A program made the translations under genes and the position numbers. The notes below the pieces were generated by a model. That model was not told the origin of the DNA. It was given only the letters and a program-made list of their open reading frames with translations, and did not search any database. DNA of 64,000 nt from Leptonemataceae bacterium (lineage in GTDB: Bacteria; Spirochaetota; Leptospiria; Leptospirales; Leptonemataceae): positions 2,272,001 through 2,336,000 of the forward strand of contig OZ245742.1 of assembly GCA_965227295.1 (NCBI GenBank), written 5' to 3'. Shown here piece after piece: positions 61,627 to 64,000 of the stretch (the stretch's first letter is position 1; every line of letters starts with the position of its first letter).

Positions 61627-61783
61627 GGGCGCCCCGCCACTGCGTGTGAGGGGGAACACATGAATTCCGCCCCGACAAGCGGGGCGGAATTGGTCGGGCT
61701 GCTACAGGCTCCGCTTCGCTTCGGTCCTGCGCCTTCGGCTTCGGACTCGCGCCTGTCGGCGCGACCTTGCGCATCCCTGGCGC
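61627..61783 (+). repeat. Flavo-1-like element with enlarged first hairpin
   Basis: GCTTATTT-GGGCGCC...GTCGGGCTGCTACAGGCTCCGCTTCGCTTCGGTC...GCATCCCTGGCGC. Confidence 0.78.
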
Positions 61784-61809
61784 GAAGAACTGGATTTCGG
61801 TGAGTTTTC

Positions 61810-63582
61810 TCACCCAATCAACTGGCCGCCGCCGTCGGCCTGCTGCGCTTTGATCATCTCCATGGTTTCCATGGCCTCGGATTCTTTTTCCATGACGAGC
61901 GCCCGGCCGGCGTTGCCGAGCTTCGCGAGAATCTTCGAGAGCAGGCGCAGGTTGCGCCAGGATTCCGGCCGGCGCAGGCGATAGCGTTCGCACCAGTCCG
62001 CCGCCGTTTCGTAGCGGCGGTCGCCCAGCAGGATGCGCGCGCCGGCGTAGAGAAAATCGGTGTCGTGCGGGAAGTCGTCGAGATACTTTTCGGCGGAATC
62101 CGCGGCCTCGGCGTGACGACCGAGCTTGTAATATGCTTTCGCCATATGTTTGTGCAGCTTCGTACGAAAGCCGTCGCCGCCGAATTTCAGCAGTTCCCCG
62201 GCTTCTTCGAGTTTCGCGAGGACCGCCTCGTAGTCCGGTGAATCGCCGGAGGCAAGTTTGCGGGCCTCAGCCAGAAGATCGTGAAACTTCTGCGGCGGCT
62301 GCTTCGGCAAGGCCTGACCTTCGCCGTAGGATACGCGCATGAGCGACAGGTCGTCGGTGAGTTGGCCGACCTTGCGAATTTCGCTGACGATGCCCTCGAG
62401 CCGGCCGTCGGCCGTTTCCACGTGGCGCAGAAAGAGCGAATCGTCGGCGTTGATTTCCCGATCGCCTTCTTCGTCCGTGCCGATGAGCAGGTCGTCCCGG
62501 CCGTCGGAGCCGATCAAGAGGACGTCGCCGTGTTGCAGCGGGAAGACCTGGATTTTTACGTGCCGGTCGTTCACGTCGGGATAACCGATCTTCTGTAGCG
62601 GGTCGTCGTCTTCGATGAAGTTCGCCCGCCCGTCGCGGTAGAGAGCCATGCCCGGATGTTCGGCGTTGATGTAGTACATGGTGCCCGTGCGATCGTCGAT
62701 GACGCCGAGGACGAGGGAGATGAGCATCGTGGCGTCGAAAGACTCGAAGACGCGTTGCAATTCGACCAGGCTGTGCTTGATCCAGAGCTCCGGCGTTTGC
62801 GACTGCACTTCCAGGGAGATTTTGGAACGTTCCATGTTCGCTTCGAAGATGGACCCCAGCACGAGCACACCGCCGGCGCCCTGCAGGGACTTGCCCATGG
62901 CGTCGGCGTTCAAAAAGACCGTACAGTTGCGCCCGCTCAACTGAAACGTATGCGCGACACAGAGATCCCCGCCCAGTTGGCCGTCCCACTTCTTGAATCG
63001 AAACTGCTTCTTCTGGAGCAGGTAGTACTCCACCGAAACGGAGTCGCTGCGCACGAAGTTGCCGCCGAGCGGTTTGATCAACTGCGCCGTGAGAAAGTAG
63101 TCGCCGTCCTGCTCGAACTTCATCTTCGAAGTGGCCAGGAGATGGTCCTCGATTTCCCGGGACAGCGTGGTCACCTTTTCCAGGTTGGCCTGGTTCTTCT
63201 TAAGTTCTGTTGTGATGGAGTTAAACGCCGCGGCAAACTCGTCGATCTCGCCGCCGTGGCTGCCGACGGGCGTTGCGCTGAGGTCGGCGAACTCCTTTTG
63301 TTCGGCCAGGGTGCCGGCGGCCCGGGCTTCCCGGCCGACCCGGCGAATGGGCGTGACGACCAGCTTCATGAGAATGAGCACGGAGACCAGAGCGCCGGCC
63401 AGGCAGGCGCCGGCAAACACCGCGAGGAAGAGCATGTCTTCCGTGGACGGGAGCAGCAGGCGCGCCGCAAAGAACACGCCGACGCAGTAGGCGACGAGCA
63501 GGACCGGAACGACAATTACGGCCAGGGAAAAACCGCGGTACCAGGGCACGGTCGGGGGGACGGCTGCGTTCGACGAACTCAT
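61810..63582 (-). CDS. SpoIIE/PP2C-type phosphatase with TM, HAMP and TPR regions
   Basis: LGGD, DAMGKS, NAEHP, GSDGRDD, DDLSL. Confidence 0.88.
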   Translation of the reverse strand: MSSSNAAVPPTVPWYRGFSLAVIVVPVLLVAYCVGVFFAARLLLPSTEDMLFLAVFAGACLAGALVSVLILMKLVVTPIRRVGREARAAGTLAEQKEFADLSATPVGSHGGEIDEFAAAFNSITTELKKNQANLEKVTTLSREIEDHLLATSKMKFEQDGDYFLTAQLIKPLGGNFVRSDSVSVEYYLLQKKQFRFKKWDGQLGGDLCVAHTFQLSGRNCTVFLNADAMGKSLQGAGGVLVLGSIFEANMERSKISLEVQSQTPELWIKHSLVELQRVFESFDATMLISLVLGVIDDRTGTMYYINAEHPGMALYRDGRANFIEDDDPLQKIGYPDVNDRHVKIQVFPLQHGDVLLIGSDGRDDLLIGTDEEGDREINADDSLFLRHVETADGRLEGIVSEIRKVGQLTDDLSLMRVSYGEGQALPKQPPQKFHDLLAEARKLASGDSPDYEAVLAKLEEAGELLKFGGDGFRTKLHKHMAKAYYKLGRHAEAADSAEKYLDDFPHDTDFLYAGARILLGDRRYETAADWCERYRLRRPESWRNLRLLSKILAKLGNAGRALVMEKESEAMETMEMIKAQQADGGGQLIG

Positions 63583-63642
63583 CGGAGAGCGGATGTTGTG
63601 AACGGCCGCACACGGCGCGGCAAGCGAAAAAGTGGTTGGGAG

Positions 63643-64000
63643 TCAGCTCCGACGTTGGCGAGAACGCTTCAGGCGGTCTCTGGTTTTCGCGTCGAGTTTT
63701 TCCACGGCCGCGCGGAACGCCGTCGCCGAAATGGACGAAAGATGGTGTTCGAGGAAGGCCAGGGTGTCCTCGGGATAGACGTGCCCGGTTTCCCGCAGGG
63801 TCCAGCCGAGCCCCTTTTGCACGTAGATTTTTTCATCGTCGAGGAGTCGGCGGAGCAGCGGAAAGATCTTCGACTTTGCCGGGCTGCGCTTTCGCAGAAA
63901 GGCGTAACACAACAGGCTGACCACGGACTGCCGCCGCAGCCAGGGATTCGGCGAGGCATTCCAGTCTTTCAGAACGGGGTAGACGATCTGCGGCGCGCGT
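63643..64000 (-). CDS. DNA alkylation repair protein (AlkD-like), partial
   Basis: PWLRRQSVV, DDEKIYVQKGLGWTLRE, RAAVEKL. Confidence 0.85.
   Translation of the reverse strand, partial: RAPQIVYPVLKDWNASPNPWLRRQSVVSLLCYAFLRKRSPAKSKIFPLLRRLLDDEKIYVQKGLGWTLRETGHVYPEDTLAFLEHHLSSISATAFRAAVEKLDAKTRDRLKRSRQRRS

Overview
GC-rich bacterial chromosomal window. Gene content (TIGR04388-like giant protein, Lsa36-like protein, 7TM-DISM kinase, several class III cyclases) suggests a Leptospiraceae-like spirochaete; this is an inference. Most of it is housekeeping and signalling: RhlE, RND pump, PadR/carotenoid-oxygenase operon, SrkA, Map, MltG, RNase R, TsaB/TsaE, ExbB/D-like pair and SpoIIE-type phosphatase. 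Two things stand out. (1) About 7.3-24.6 kb is a polymorphic toxin locus on the minus strand: one full-length 1847-aa secreted HINT-domain toxin followed by 5'-truncated scaffold+HINT+toxin/immunity cassettes and relics. Every cassette starts immediately after a 124-139-bp structured non-coding element that shows compensatory base changes between copies. The element resembles the Flavo-1 motif and also occurs as divergent pairs near 28.9 and 61.6 kb. (2) Three tandem arrays (33.7, 35.0 and 44.3 kb) of a non-coding unit of about 330 bp. Each unit is a nested imperfect inverted repeat with swappable hairpin inserts, and each array starts at the stop codon of the upstream gene. No rRNA, tRNA, CRISPR array, reverse transcriptase or tyrosine recombinase was recognised. 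Family names come from recognising motifs by eye, not from database searches.
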